A stretch of 62,038 bases of DNA, filler included, from Coriobacteriales bacterium (lineage in GTDB: Bacteria; Actinomycetota; Coriobacteriia; Coriobacteriales; UBA8131): assembly GCA_031263105.1 (NCBI GenBank). It is 6 parts of 6 records of this genome, joined end to end, with 100 filler letters (N's around TTAATTAATTAA, not from the genome) between each part and the next. Parts side by side here need not be neighbours in the genome. Positions count along the whole stretch, not along the records: positions 19,609 to 33,256 come from JAISGJ010000171.1; 5 more parts are not named here. The stretch is one strand, 5' to 3'. How positions within the stretch are numbered: the first letter of the stretch is position 1; every line of letters begins with the position of its first letter. The notes beneath the pieces are model-generated. The model did no database searches. It was not told the origin of the DNA and worked only from the letters and a program-made list of their open reading frames with translations. The position numbers were made by a program, and so were the translations under genes. This document shows, piece by piece, positions 20,424 to 29,162 of the stretch.

Positions 20424-20623
20424 GTTACAGTCCACACCCCCACTGTCATCCCGAGCCCCACTGTCATCCCGAGCCCCACTGTCATCCCGAGCCTGCCGAG
20501 GGATCCTCGGGCGTACAAGCGGTCGACCGCAGGTCGAGGGGCCCCCTGACCTGCCGTTGGACACTGCGTGTCCAAAGATTCCTCGGCGGGGCTCGGAATG
20601 ACAGTGGGGGTGTGGACTGTAAC
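20424..20623. mobile_element. MITE-like palindromic element with 8-bp target-site duplication
   Basis: Terminal inverted repeats GTTACAGTCCACACCCCC / GGGGGTGTGGACTGTAAC flanked by CAGTATAT at 20416-20423 and 20624-20631. Confidence 0.88.
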
Positions 20624-20654
20624 CAGTATATATAATTTTGCATGAAATTCAATC

Positions 20655-20710
20655 TGTAATACTTGACATTACGATTAGACTGAAATAGTATTGTAATACA
20701 AACTATTACG
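20655..20710 (+). promoter_or_regulatory. sigma70-type promoter with two Rrf2-type operator palindromes
   Basis: TTGACA (20663)-17 bp-TAGTAT; TGTAATACTTGACATTACG and TGTAATACAAACTATTACG overlap -35 and +1. Confidence 0.7.
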
Positions 20711-20725
20711 AAAAGAGGTATTCAG

Positions 20726-21307
20726 ATGACCAACGAGTTTTTAGAGCTAATAAAAAGCCGCCGCAGCACAAGGAAGTTCAAACCCGAACAAGTCAATCAA
20801 GATAAGCTGGACGCTATCATCGAAGCCGGGCTGTATGCACCAAGCGGTAACAATGCGCAATCATGGCACTTTACCGTAATACAGAATCAAGAAGTAATCA
20901 GCAAAATGAACCAAGATTTGAAAAAGGCTATCAGGTCTTCCGATAATCTGCCGGAATTCATGCTGTCAAAAATAAAAGCTGCTGCCAGCAATGATGCAAC
21001 GAACCTTTTTTATGGAGCGCCGACACTTATTCTGGTTTCACAACCGGAAGGTGGATTTTTTCCAATGGTTGACGCGGCTCTGGCATCTGAAAACATTATG
21101 CTTGCCGCCCATGCGCTTGAACTGGGTTCGTGTTGGATAGGTTCTGCTGGCTGGCTGTTTAACAGTGCCAAAAGAAATGAGTATTTGGAGATATTGCAGA
21201 TACCACAAGGGTATTTCCCCTCCCATATTATTTCAATCGGTAAAAGAGCCGGTAGTCCGGCGCAGGCAACAGCAAGAAAAGAAAATGCCGTTAATTATAT
21301 TAAGTAG
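20726..21307 (+). CDS. Nitroreductase family protein
   Basis: SRRSTRKF, APSGNNAQSWHF, LAAHALELGSCWIG; low GC. Confidence 0.93.
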   Translation: MTNEFLELIKSRRSTRKFKPEQVNQDKLDAIIEAGLYAPSGNNAQSWHFTVIQNQEVISKMNQDLKKAIRSSDNLPEFMLSKIKAAASNDATNLFYGAPTLILVSQPEGGFFPMVDAALASENIMLAAHALELGSCWIGSAGWLFNSAKRNEYLEILQIPQGYFPSHIISIGKRAGSPAQATARKENAVNYIK

Positions 21308-21326
21308 ACTATAGAAGCGTCTACAA

Positions 21327-21365
21327 GAAAGCCATTACCAGTGGCTTACCAATGGCTTTTCTCTT
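21327..21365 (+). terminator. Probable intrinsic terminator
   Basis: AAAGCCATT...AATGGCTTT hairpin followed by a T-rich tract. Confidence 0.55.
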
Positions 21366-21548
21366 GCGGAACTGGTTGAGTGTATGCCTTATATCAATCA
21401 TTCCGACTATTTCCCCCTTGCGAACGGCAATAAAGGTAGACGACACAACCCATTCAGGATCAGCGGTCTGCTCATTTGAGTTATTGCCTTGACAAACGCT
21501 TCTGAGTGGGATGATGACAGCCCATCAGACAGAGACCGCGAGTTATAG

Positions 21549-21692
21549 CTCGCCAAAAATGCTTCATGATGCTATATTTTGGCGAGGTATCATTGCACAA
21601 ATATTTTATTGACACACAAAATAGCCTGTCCTATACTCAAACTCAAGAAAATAGCTCGCCAAAACCACTATTGAATGCTAGATTTTGGCGAG
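21549..21692 (+). promoter_or_regulatory. sigma70 promoter bracketed by two palindromic operators
   Basis: CTCGCCAAAA-N18-TTTTGGCGAG at 21549-21586 and 21655-21692; TTGACA (21609)-17 bp-TATACT (21632) between them. Confidence 0.8.
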
Positions 21693-21727
21693 TTATCGTA
21701 GTCAAGTCAGAGAGCGCGGTGCATGCA

Positions 21728-23155
21728 ATGAAGATCGTCGGGCGAAAAAGGGAGCAAAGGGCGCTCAGGGAGTACCACGAGTCCGGGTTGCCGGAGTTCT
21801 TGGTGGTTTACGGTCGTCGCCGCGTGGGGAAGACCTTCCTTGTGAGAGAGTATTTCAAGAACGAGTTTACCTTCTACGCCACCGGCCTGGCCAGAAGCAG
21901 CAGGGAAGAGCAGCTGCAGTCCTTCTGTCTGGCGCTGCAAGAGCAGATGGACGGCTCAGAGGCGACGGCCCGCAACTGGCTCGAGGCGTTTGCCGCCTTG
22001 AGGCGCGGACTGGAAGAGATGCCCAAAGGCAGACGCAAGGTCGTCTTCTTGGACGAGCTGCCTTGGATGGACACCCCGAAATCCGGTTTTCTCACGGCCT
22101 TCGAGCACTTTTGGAACGGCTGGGGCGCCGGACGCGAAGACATCTTCCTCATCGTCTGCGGCTCCGCCACCTCCTGGATTGTGAAGAACCTCTTCAAAAA
22201 CAAAGGCGGCCTGCACAACAGGACCACCCGCAGGATGCGCATCGCCCCTTTCGACCTCTGCGAGACGGAGCAGTACCTCACGTACAAAGAGGTCGAGTTC
22301 GACCGCTTCCGCATCATCGAGGCCTACATGGCCTTCGGCGGCGTGCCCTACTACCTGAGTCTGATGGCAAAGGGACGCAGCCTGCCGCAGAACATCGACG
22401 ACCTCTGCTTCGCGGAGGACGCGCCCCTCAAAGGCGAGTTCGCCGAGGTCTACTCGACCCTCTTCAAGAACAGCGACAGCTACATCAGGGTGGTCGAGGC
22501 CCTCAGCACCAAGGCCAGAGGGCTCACTCGCAACGAGATAATCGCCGTCACCGGCCTTGCCTCCGGCGGCGGACTCACCAAGATCCTCGACGAGCTGGAG
22601 TTCTGCGGGTTCATCCGCTCCTTCCCCAGCTTCGCGTTGGACGACAATCTCTGCATGTACCAGCTTGTGGATCCCTTCAGCCTGTTCTACCTGCGCTTCA
22701 TGAAGGCGCGAAGGCCAAAAAACCCGCGTTACTGGTCCAGCAACCTGGACAACCCCAGCCTCAACGCCTGGCGCGGCTATGCCTTCGAGCAGGTCTGCCT
22801 GTCCCATACGGAGCAGATCAAGGAGGCCCTGGGGGTTGCGGCCATCTCGACCGAGATCTCTTCCTGGCGTAGCTCGAAATCGGTGCCCGGCGCACAGATC
22901 GACCTGCTCATCGACCGGCGGGACGGCATCATCAACCTCTGCGAGAGCAAGTACAGCAAAGGCCCCTTCGCCGTCGATGCCGCCTACGAGTCGAACCTGC
23001 TCAACAAGCTGTCGGCCTTCAGGTCCGAGAGCAGGACGAAAAAGGCCGTGCATCTCACGATGGTCACCACCTATGGGGTGACCAAAGGCAGGCACTCCGG
23101 CATCGTCCAAGCCGAGGTGACGATGGACGACCTGTTCACACCTGGCAGACTGTAA
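21728..23155 (+). CDS. AAA ATPase (archaeal-ATPase type) with winged helix and C-terminal PD-(D/E)XK-like domain
   Basis: YGRRRVGKT Walker A, FLDELPW Walker B, IVCGSA, QIDLLIDR...INLCESKY. Confidence 0.88.
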   Translation: MKIVGRKREQRALREYHESGLPEFLVVYGRRRVGKTFLVREYFKNEFTFYATGLARSSREEQLQSFCLALQEQMDGSEATARNWLEAFAALRRGLEEMPKGRRKVVFLDELPWMDTPKSGFLTAFEHFWNGWGAGREDIFLIVCGSATSWIVKNLFKNKGGLHNRTTRRMRIAPFDLCETEQYLTYKEVEFDRFRIIEAYMAFGGVPYYLSLMAKGRSLPQNIDDLCFAEDAPLKGEFAEVYSTLFKNSDSYIRVVEALSTKARGLTRNEIIAVTGLASGGGLTKILDELEFCGFIRSFPSFALDDNLCMYQLVDPFSLFYLRFMKARRPKNPRYWSSNLDNPSLNAWRGYAFEQVCLSHTEQIKEALGVAAISTEISSWRSSKSVPGAQIDLLIDRRDGIINLCESKYSKGPFAVDAAYESNLLNKLSAFRSESRTKKAVHLTMVTTYGVTKGRHSGIVQAEVTMDDLFTPGRL

Positions 23156-23463
23156 CAGTGTGACAAGCGTGACAGGGAGACGGCACTGTGACTGAGGGGA
23201 CGCGCAGCGGCACCAAACTACCCCTGCTCCCCGACGATCTCTCCTGCCTGCGCAGGGAACTTCCGGCAGAGCCACCTCAGGGCCTCCAGCTGGTCGGCAC
23301 CTGTGGCCCTGCGTATCGGGGCTGTGCCAGGGGGACGGTACGTTTTTGTCACGCGTTTTGTCACGCCCTGCTTGCCTTGTGCCCTTAGCCCCTTGTGCTC
23401 GTTTCCGCACTTGCTGTAGAATATGCAGCAGGTCAATCGCTGCAACCGCTGATGGAGGTCGTT

Positions 23464-23727
23464 ATGCCGACTATTGACAAGGTCTCGTCTCTGAGGAACT
23501 ATCAGGCCGTGTTGGGCAAGGTGCGGCCAGGCAATCCGGTCTTTCTCACCAAAAACGGGGCTGGGCGATACGCCATACTCGATACTGCGGAATACGACTT
23601 TCTCTACAAGGCCGCCTTTGACAAGCTCTTTAAGCAGTTGGACTCGGCTCGCACTCAGGCGGACCGCGACGGATGGGTCAGCGAGGAGGCCCTCAGAGAG
23701 CACTTCGGGATAGCAACCGATGCATAG
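23464..23727 (+). CDS. Phd/YefM-family antitoxin
   Basis: MPTIDKVSSLRNY...PVFLTKNG.GRYAILD; GGAGG RBS. Confidence 0.88.
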   Translation: MPTIDKVSSLRNYQAVLGKVRPGNPVFLTKNGAGRYAILDTAEYDFLYKAAFDKLFKQLDSARTQADRDGWVSEEALREHFGIATDA

Positions 23728-24064
23728 ACTCGTATTCTCTTTGGCGGCACAGGCCAAGCTGGGCGATGTTTTTGAATATGTCGCCGATACGCTGCGCGCG
23801 CCCCAAGCAGCCACCTCAACGATCGCAGGCATCGTCGACAGTTTGGGCATTCTTAAGAACAGCCCCGATGCCGGGCCAAGGCTGTCATCGCGCATCAGTC
23901 ATGTGCCTGCCCGTTTTGCCGAGACCCGGTTCTTGGTTTGCGGAAACTTCGTGGCAGCGTACGACCACGGTGACCACGAGGTCAAGATACTCAGAATCTA
24001 CCGTGGCCGAGAGGATGCATTCGGTCGTTTCTTCAGTGAAATCGATCGAGGGGGCGCTGGCTGA
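23720..24064 (+). CDS. RelE/ParE-family toxin
   Basis: SLAAQAKLGDVFEYVA...P.AG...RFLVCGNF...VKILRIYRG; overlaps the antitoxin. Confidence 0.85.
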   Translation: MHRLVFSLAAQAKLGDVFEYVADTLRAPQAATSTIAGIVDSLGILKNSPDAGPRLSSRISHVPARFAETRFLVCGNFVAAYDHGDHEVKILRIYRGREDAFGRFFSEIDRGGAG

Positions 24065-24168
24065 ACAGAGCGCGGATGTCGTTCAGGCAGGGGTTTAACC
24101 ACCCGCCCCTGCGAGAACACCCCTCAGAGGGAGGGGAATTAGGCACCATGCGACCGTAACAGCCATCG

Positions 24169-24310
24169 GTTACTGTTCAGACCTCATTGTCATTCCGAGC
24201 GAAGCCGAGGAATCTTTGGCTGCGGAGCAGCCAACTGACCCTGGTGGGCGCTGATGCGCCCAAAGATTCCTCGGCTGCGCTCGGAATGACAGTAGGGTGT
24301 GAACAGTAAC
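24169..24310. mobile_element. MITE-like palindromic element with 8-bp target-site duplication
   Basis: GTTACTGTTCA...TGAACAGTAAC flanked by AGCCATCG at 24161-24168 and 24311-24318. Confidence 0.88.
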
Positions 24311-24416
24311 AGCCATCGTATCACAAATTATACAGAGTATCTCTTCATTTGTAATAACATACAATAGCCTGTATAATTTGCGATAGCCTTTTGCAGTAAC
24401 CGTTCCTTACGATTGG

Positions 24417-25595
24417 ATGCCCATGGACAGCCGAACCAACCCTTACTCTCCCGGTGCCGGGCGGATACCCGTGTCGCTGGTCGGCCGCGACGAGCAGATC
24501 GACGAGTGGATGGCGTCCTTGCAGCGCATCGAGGACGGCCTAGACTCCCGGCCGATGGCCCTGTACGGGCTTCGCGGCGCAGGCAAGACCGTGCTGCTCA
24601 TGAAGCTGAACGACTTGGCCCTGCACAACGATTGGATCACGGCGTTCGTCGAGGCGACAAGCGGAAAATCCCTCAGGGAGCAGCTGAGCAGCGCCTTCGA
24701 GAGCAGACTCTACGACATCGCCAAACCCAGTGCGGGACAGAAGGTTCTCAACGCTTTGAAGACCGCGCTCTCGTTCTCGGCCACAGTCAGCGAGGCCCCC
24801 GCCCTCACCTTCGGCATCGACCTTTCCAAGGCAAGCGGATCCAACGCCTCCACCGGCAGCTTCTCGGGCGACCTGGAGCGCTATGTGCGAGATCTGTCCG
24901 ATGCCAGCGGCGAGTTGGGCGCGGGCGTTGCCATCCTCATCGACGAGGCGCAGGATCTGTCGGGTGGGGACATGGCGGCCTTGGTCGGTTTGGCACAAGC
25001 CGTTGCGGTGCGCAGGATGCGGGTGGCCATCGCCTTGACGGGGCTGCCGACGTTACCACGCCTGCTGGCGGAGGCGAAAAGCTATGCGGAAAGGCTGTTC
25101 GCCTATCAAGAGATCGGCAACCTGGGCACCCCCGAGGCGCTCGAGGCCCTCCTCGGGCCCGCGCAGTCGCGAGGCGTCAGCTGGACGGATGCCGCAGCTG
25201 CCAGGGTCGTGCGGGCCGCCGACGGCTATCCCTATTTTCTCCAAGAGTACGGCTCGGCCTGCTGGCTGCAAGCCGACGAGCCGCCGATCGGCGTATCGGA
25301 CGTGCGCAAGGCCGAGGGACTTGCCGGCCAGAGGCTGGATGCCGGCTTCTTCCGTTCCCGCTGGGAAAGGGCCACCGAGGCGGAGAAGCGCTATCTGCAG
25401 GCGATGGCCGAGGACGAGGATGGGCCAAGCCGCACGGCCGAGCTGGCCGCCAGGCTGAGGAGCAGCCAGTCCTCGCTCAGCTCGCTGCGCTCGCGCCTTA
25501 TCCAGAAAGGAATGATCTACGCTCCGGAAGCCGGGGCGGTCACCTTCACCGTCCCCCTCTTCGCCCGCTTCATAAAGCGCCAGGTCGTCCAATAA
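24417..25595 (+). CDS. AAA-family ATP-binding protein with C-terminal winged helix
   Basis: NPYSPGAG, YGLRGAGKT, ILIDEAQ, GYPYFLQ, RSRLIQKGMIY. Confidence 0.87.
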   Translation: MPMDSRTNPYSPGAGRIPVSLVGRDEQIDEWMASLQRIEDGLDSRPMALYGLRGAGKTVLLMKLNDLALHNDWITAFVEATSGKSLREQLSSAFESRLYDIAKPSAGQKVLNALKTALSFSATVSEAPALTFGIDLSKASGSNASTGSFSGDLERYVRDLSDASGELGAGVAILIDEAQDLSGGDMAALVGLAQAVAVRRMRVAIALTGLPTLPRLLAEAKSYAERLFAYQEIGNLGTPEALEALLGPAQSRGVSWTDAAAARVVRAADGYPYFLQEYGSACWLQADEPPIGVSDVRKAEGLAGQRLDAGFFRSRWERATEAEKRYLQAMAEDEDGPSRTAELAARLRSSQSSLSSLRSRLIQKGMIYAPEAGAVTFTVPLFARFIKRQVVQ

Positions 25596-25769
25596 CGAGC
25601 AGGCGGACGGAGTGCGACAAGGGGACGAGGGCGGCTCCAGAAACTTTGGAAGGTTGAGAGTTATCCTATGGAGAAGCAGGCTGTGCAGGTTCCAGACAGA
25701 GCATGGGCAACAACTCTGACAAAGACGGAGCTTGGGGGCAAGGCGCAACGTGGCGACACTCCGCCCCTG

Positions 25770-27194
25770 TCAACTCGGATTCGCAAAAAGGTCGTCGAGG
25801 GTTATCACCGATTGGATATCGTTGGCATAGGCATTGTGACCCAAGCCATACGTTGTGATCATGGTTTGATGCACGGCGCTGCGCGTGCCCGTCTCCTCGA
25901 TGAAGCGTTGGCGGCGAGCAGCGAGATGGGCAGCGTAAGCGGAATCGATGGCGAACTCGGACATCCTGTATTTTATCTCGCAGAGGTTGACTACCCTGTC
26001 GTTGCGGTCGAGGACCAGATCGATTTGCAGCGGCGAGGACCTGTCGGTCGAGCGCCAGGAGTAGGTGTTGGTGATAACGCCAGCGATGCCCAGCTTGGCC
26101 TTGATCTGCGCCGTGTGTGCCAGGCAAAGCCGCTCGAAAGCGTGGCCGCACCAGTTGTGATGCGCGGGGTCGAGCAGGTAGTTGGTCCAGAAGTGTTCGT
26201 CCTGTGATCGCTTGCCGGCGATGTATCTGAGGTGGAACTGGCTGAAGAAGTCCGCCAAACGGTAATATTCGCCATTGCGCCGCTTGTTGTAGTCGTCGGT
26301 GGCGGCGATCAGGCCGCACTGCTCCAACTCGCGCAGGATGTCGCTGAGCGCCCCGCCGTCAGCGATGCCGCTGGCTGCGACAATCTGCTGCCTACTGAGG
26401 CCGGAAGCGTTGGCGCCGAGTGCCTCAACAACACGCAGATGGTTTGCAGCTGAACGAAACAGTGAGGCATAGAGTCGCCTGAACTCGCCTTTGAGCTTGG
26501 CGCTTTGAGCGAAAAACAATGCGTCGATGTTCTGGTTAAGCCCAAAGGACTTGTCAACCTGCTCCAAGTAATACGGTATGCCACCGAGTATCATATAGGC
26601 CTCGGCGACTTGGCGGCGGTTGAATACCACTCCCCGGCTGCGAAAGAACTCCTCGCATTCGGCCAACGTGAACGGTTGCAGCTGAATTTGATGGGTGATG
26701 CGGTTGTGCAGCCCACCATAGCTGTCAATAAGGTTATTGATCATCCATGAGGCCGCGCTCCCACAGACGATAAGCAGGATGTCCGGTCGTGAGGAAGCAA
26801 AGCTGTTCCAGAAGTGCTCCAAAGCGGGCAGGAAGCGCGAGCGGCGCGTGTCGAACCAAGGCAACTCGTCAATAAATACAACCTTCTTCTCAGTCGTGGG
26901 CAGCGATTCGAGCAGTCGCTCGAGGTGCATGAAGGCCGCCAGCCAATTCTTGGGTACCGGGATGTCGCCTGTGAAGTGCTTCTGCAGCGCCGCATGAAAG
27001 ATAGCCATCTGCTCAGCCATCGGTGCGTCGGATTCGGCGCTGACATAGAAAGCAAAGCGGTTGTCGAAATGCTCTTTGACCAGGAAGGTCTTGCCTACGC
27101 GCCGCCGCCCATACACTGCCACAAACGCGGGACGGTCTGCCTGCGCACAGCTTCGTAGTATTTGGCGCTCATGGCGCCTACCGATGATTTCCAT
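25770..27194 (-). CDS. AAA ATPase with C-terminal PD-(D/E)XK-like domain (paralog of 21728-23155)
   Basis: YGRRRVGKT, FIDELPW, GGLHNR, QIDLVLDR...VNLCEIKY. Confidence 0.88.
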   Translation of the reverse strand: MEIIGRRHERQILRSCAQADRPAFVAVYGRRRVGKTFLVKEHFDNRFAFYVSAESDAPMAEQMAIFHAALQKHFTGDIPVPKNWLAAFMHLERLLESLPTTEKKVVFIDELPWFDTRRSRFLPALEHFWNSFASSRPDILLIVCGSAASWMINNLIDSYGGLHNRITHQIQLQPFTLAECEEFFRSRGVVFNRRQVAEAYMILGGIPYYLEQVDKSFGLNQNIDALFFAQSAKLKGEFRRLYASLFRSAANHLRVVEALGANASGLSRQQIVAASGIADGGALSDILRELEQCGLIAATDDYNKRRNGEYYRLADFFSQFHLRYIAGKRSQDEHFWTNYLLDPAHHNWCGHAFERLCLAHTAQIKAKLGIAGVITNTYSWRSTDRSSPLQIDLVLDRNDRVVNLCEIKYRMSEFAIDSAYAAHLAARRQRFIEETGTRSAVHQTMITTYGLGHNAYANDIQSVITLDDLFANPS

Positions 27195-27480
27195 TGCCTT
27201 TCCTGTCTGGTAAAAGTTTTATAACTCGCTGCAATACCTATAGTACTACAGAAAACAGCGCGGTAAAAGAAAATTTTGAGAATGAGGGGTTCAGACATCG
27301 CTATGGCAGACGGTTTCTTACGAGTATTCACCCAGTCTCTGGGACATTTTGACGAATACGTTTATAGTCGCTGAAACAGATAGAAATTTATCAAATTCAG
27401 CAACTTATTCACTTTCGGGGTGCTTGTTGCAAAACAGGTCGATATGCGCTCGTGCGTCTGCTCCCTGTAGGTTGTAAGGC

Positions 27481-28359
27481 CTATGCGTCGAGGAGCCAGG
27501 CGGGGATGAGGGGGGTGGCCTGTTTGACGGCGCGCTCGGCCTCCTGGGTGCTGCCTTCGTAGGAGTACAGCTCCTCGTAGAAGCGCACAGAGTGATCGAG
27601 ATGCATGAGGTGCGCCGCCTCGTGCAGGACGATCTGGCGCGCGAGGTCGGCGGGCAGGAACAGGACGCGGCGGTCGATGCGGATGTCGCCTGCATGTGTG
27701 CAGACGCCCCAGGCGGACTTGCGGTTGTTGACCGTGATGCTGCGCGGCGACGCCCCCACCTCGCGGCAGACCTCCCAGGCGAAGGGCGGGATCGCCTCCT
27801 TGGCACGACGGGCGACGAAGCGCACGAGGGCGCGGCGGCAAAGCCCCTCATCGGAGGTCGCGCCGCTGAGCCTGAGCGCGAACACCTGACGTATGCCCTG
27901 GATGCGCCGCAGCCCGTCCGGCTTGGCGGTGACGGAGCGTGCCTGCGTGGGGCGGTACTCCACGAGCCAGAGTTCCTTGCAGAGGGGGAAGTCGAGGCTC
28001 GCAGGCAACCCGGCGGCCCTGCTCTCCTCATACGCCTCGCGCTGAGAGGCCGTGCGCCGCGCCGTGCGCTCTATCCAAGCGCGGTGTCCCTCGACGAAGT
28101 CCCGAACGGCCCTGTCCTCCGGCGACAAGGCCCGTGCGTCGGCCCTGCACAGCAGCCCCCGTGCCGCGCCCTCGGGCACCACGACCTCCAGGACGCCCCG
28201 GTAGTCAAGCTGCAACCGCCAGCGCCTCGCTCGCGAAGAAGGGCGCACGCACAGGGAAAGACGAGTGCCGTCAGCACAGAGAAAGCCGTCCGCTGCGCCG
28301 GAGGCCGAGGCTGCCGCCGCGCCCGCCGCAGGTGCCCCGGGAGCGTCCCCGCCCTGCAT
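27481..28359 (-). CDS. YgjP/DUF45 (M48-like) zinc metallohydrolase
   Basis: KSAWGVC and IVLHEAAHLMHLDHS..FY (HExxH). Confidence 0.85.
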   Translation of the reverse strand: MQGGDAPGAPAAGAAAASASGAADGFLCADGTRLSLCVRPSSRARRWRLQLDYRGVLEVVVPEGAARGLLCRADARALSPEDRAVRDFVEGHRAWIERTARRTASQREAYEESRAAGLPASLDFPLCKELWLVEYRPTQARSVTAKPDGLRRIQGIRQVFALRLSGATSDEGLCRRALVRFVARRAKEAIPPFAWEVCREVGASPRSITVNNRKSAWGVCTHAGDIRIDRRVLFLPADLARQIVLHEAAHLMHLDHSVRFYEELYSYEGSTQEAERAVKQATPLIPAWLLDA

Positions 28360-29129
28360 CAGCCCGTGAAGCCCTCGACGACCCAGGTGCCGGACTTCTC
28401 ATCCTTGTACAGGGAGATGAAGCCGAGGTCCTGCGCCTCCTCGAGCAGGCGCGTGAAGGAACGGTAGCCGTAGTACTGCTCGGTGAACTGCGGCGCCTTG
28501 CGGCGGATGGTGTCCTTGATGAGCGACGCGTGCATGATGGGCACGTTCTCGCGCTGAAGCGCCTCGATGGACTCGAACAGCAGCTTGTACGCCTTGCGGT
28601 TCTCCTCCGGCAGGCTGTCCGGAACCTGCGGCGCGTCGGCGGGCATGCCGATGTCCTCGTAGAAGATGAACTCGTCGCAGTTCGCCGCGAGCAGATCGCT
28701 GGTGGAGTCGTACATGCCCACACCGATGACGGTCTTGCCGTTCTCCTTGAGCTTGGAGACCAGGGGGGTGAAGTCGCTGTCGCCCGAGACGATGACGAAG
28801 GTGTCGATGTAGTCCTTCGTGTGACACAGCTCGATGGCGTCCACCGCGAGCCGGATGTCGGCGGAGTTCTTGCCCGTGCGCCCACGATCGGGTATCTCGG
28901 TGAGCTCGATCCCGAGGGCGTGCAGGTCGCCTACCGCCGCCGGGAAGCGCTGCCAGTCGGAGTAGGCGCGCTTGGCGACGAGCTTGCCCTTCTCCACAAG
29001 GCGCTCGAGCACCTTGCCGATGTCGGGCGTGACCGCAGGCTTGCGCTTCCCGCCGCCTTTGGGGGTTGCGCCGAGCGCAAGGTTCTCGTAGTCGATAAAG
29101 ACCGCAAGTGAATGTTCGTAGTCAGGCAT
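28359..29129 (-). CDS. NYN-domain protein with OST-HTH/LOTUS domain
   Basis: AVFIDYEN, GKNSADIRLAVDA, VSGDSDF; C-terminal FTEQYYGYRSF. Confidence 0.9.
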   Translation of the reverse strand: MPDYEHSLAVFIDYENLALGATPKGGGKRKPAVTPDIGKVLERLVEKGKLVAKRAYSDWQRFPAAVGDLHALGIELTEIPDRGRTGKNSADIRLAVDAIELCHTKDYIDTFVIVSGDSDFTPLVSKLKENGKTVIGVGMYDSTSDLLAANCDEFIFYEDIGMPADAPQVPDSLPEENRKAYKLLFESIEALQRENVPIMHASLIKDTIRRKAPQFTEQYYGYRSFTRLLEEAQDLGFISLYKDEKSGTWVVEGFTG

Positions 29130-29162
29130 ACGTCCTCTGCTTTCCCGTTCCCGTTTAGGCCC

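Noticed and set aside
24098..24142. CCCCTC...GAGGGG hairpin after the RelE-type toxin as a third repeat family
   Set aside because: Only one degenerate copy is in the window; it cannot be distinguished from a terminator.
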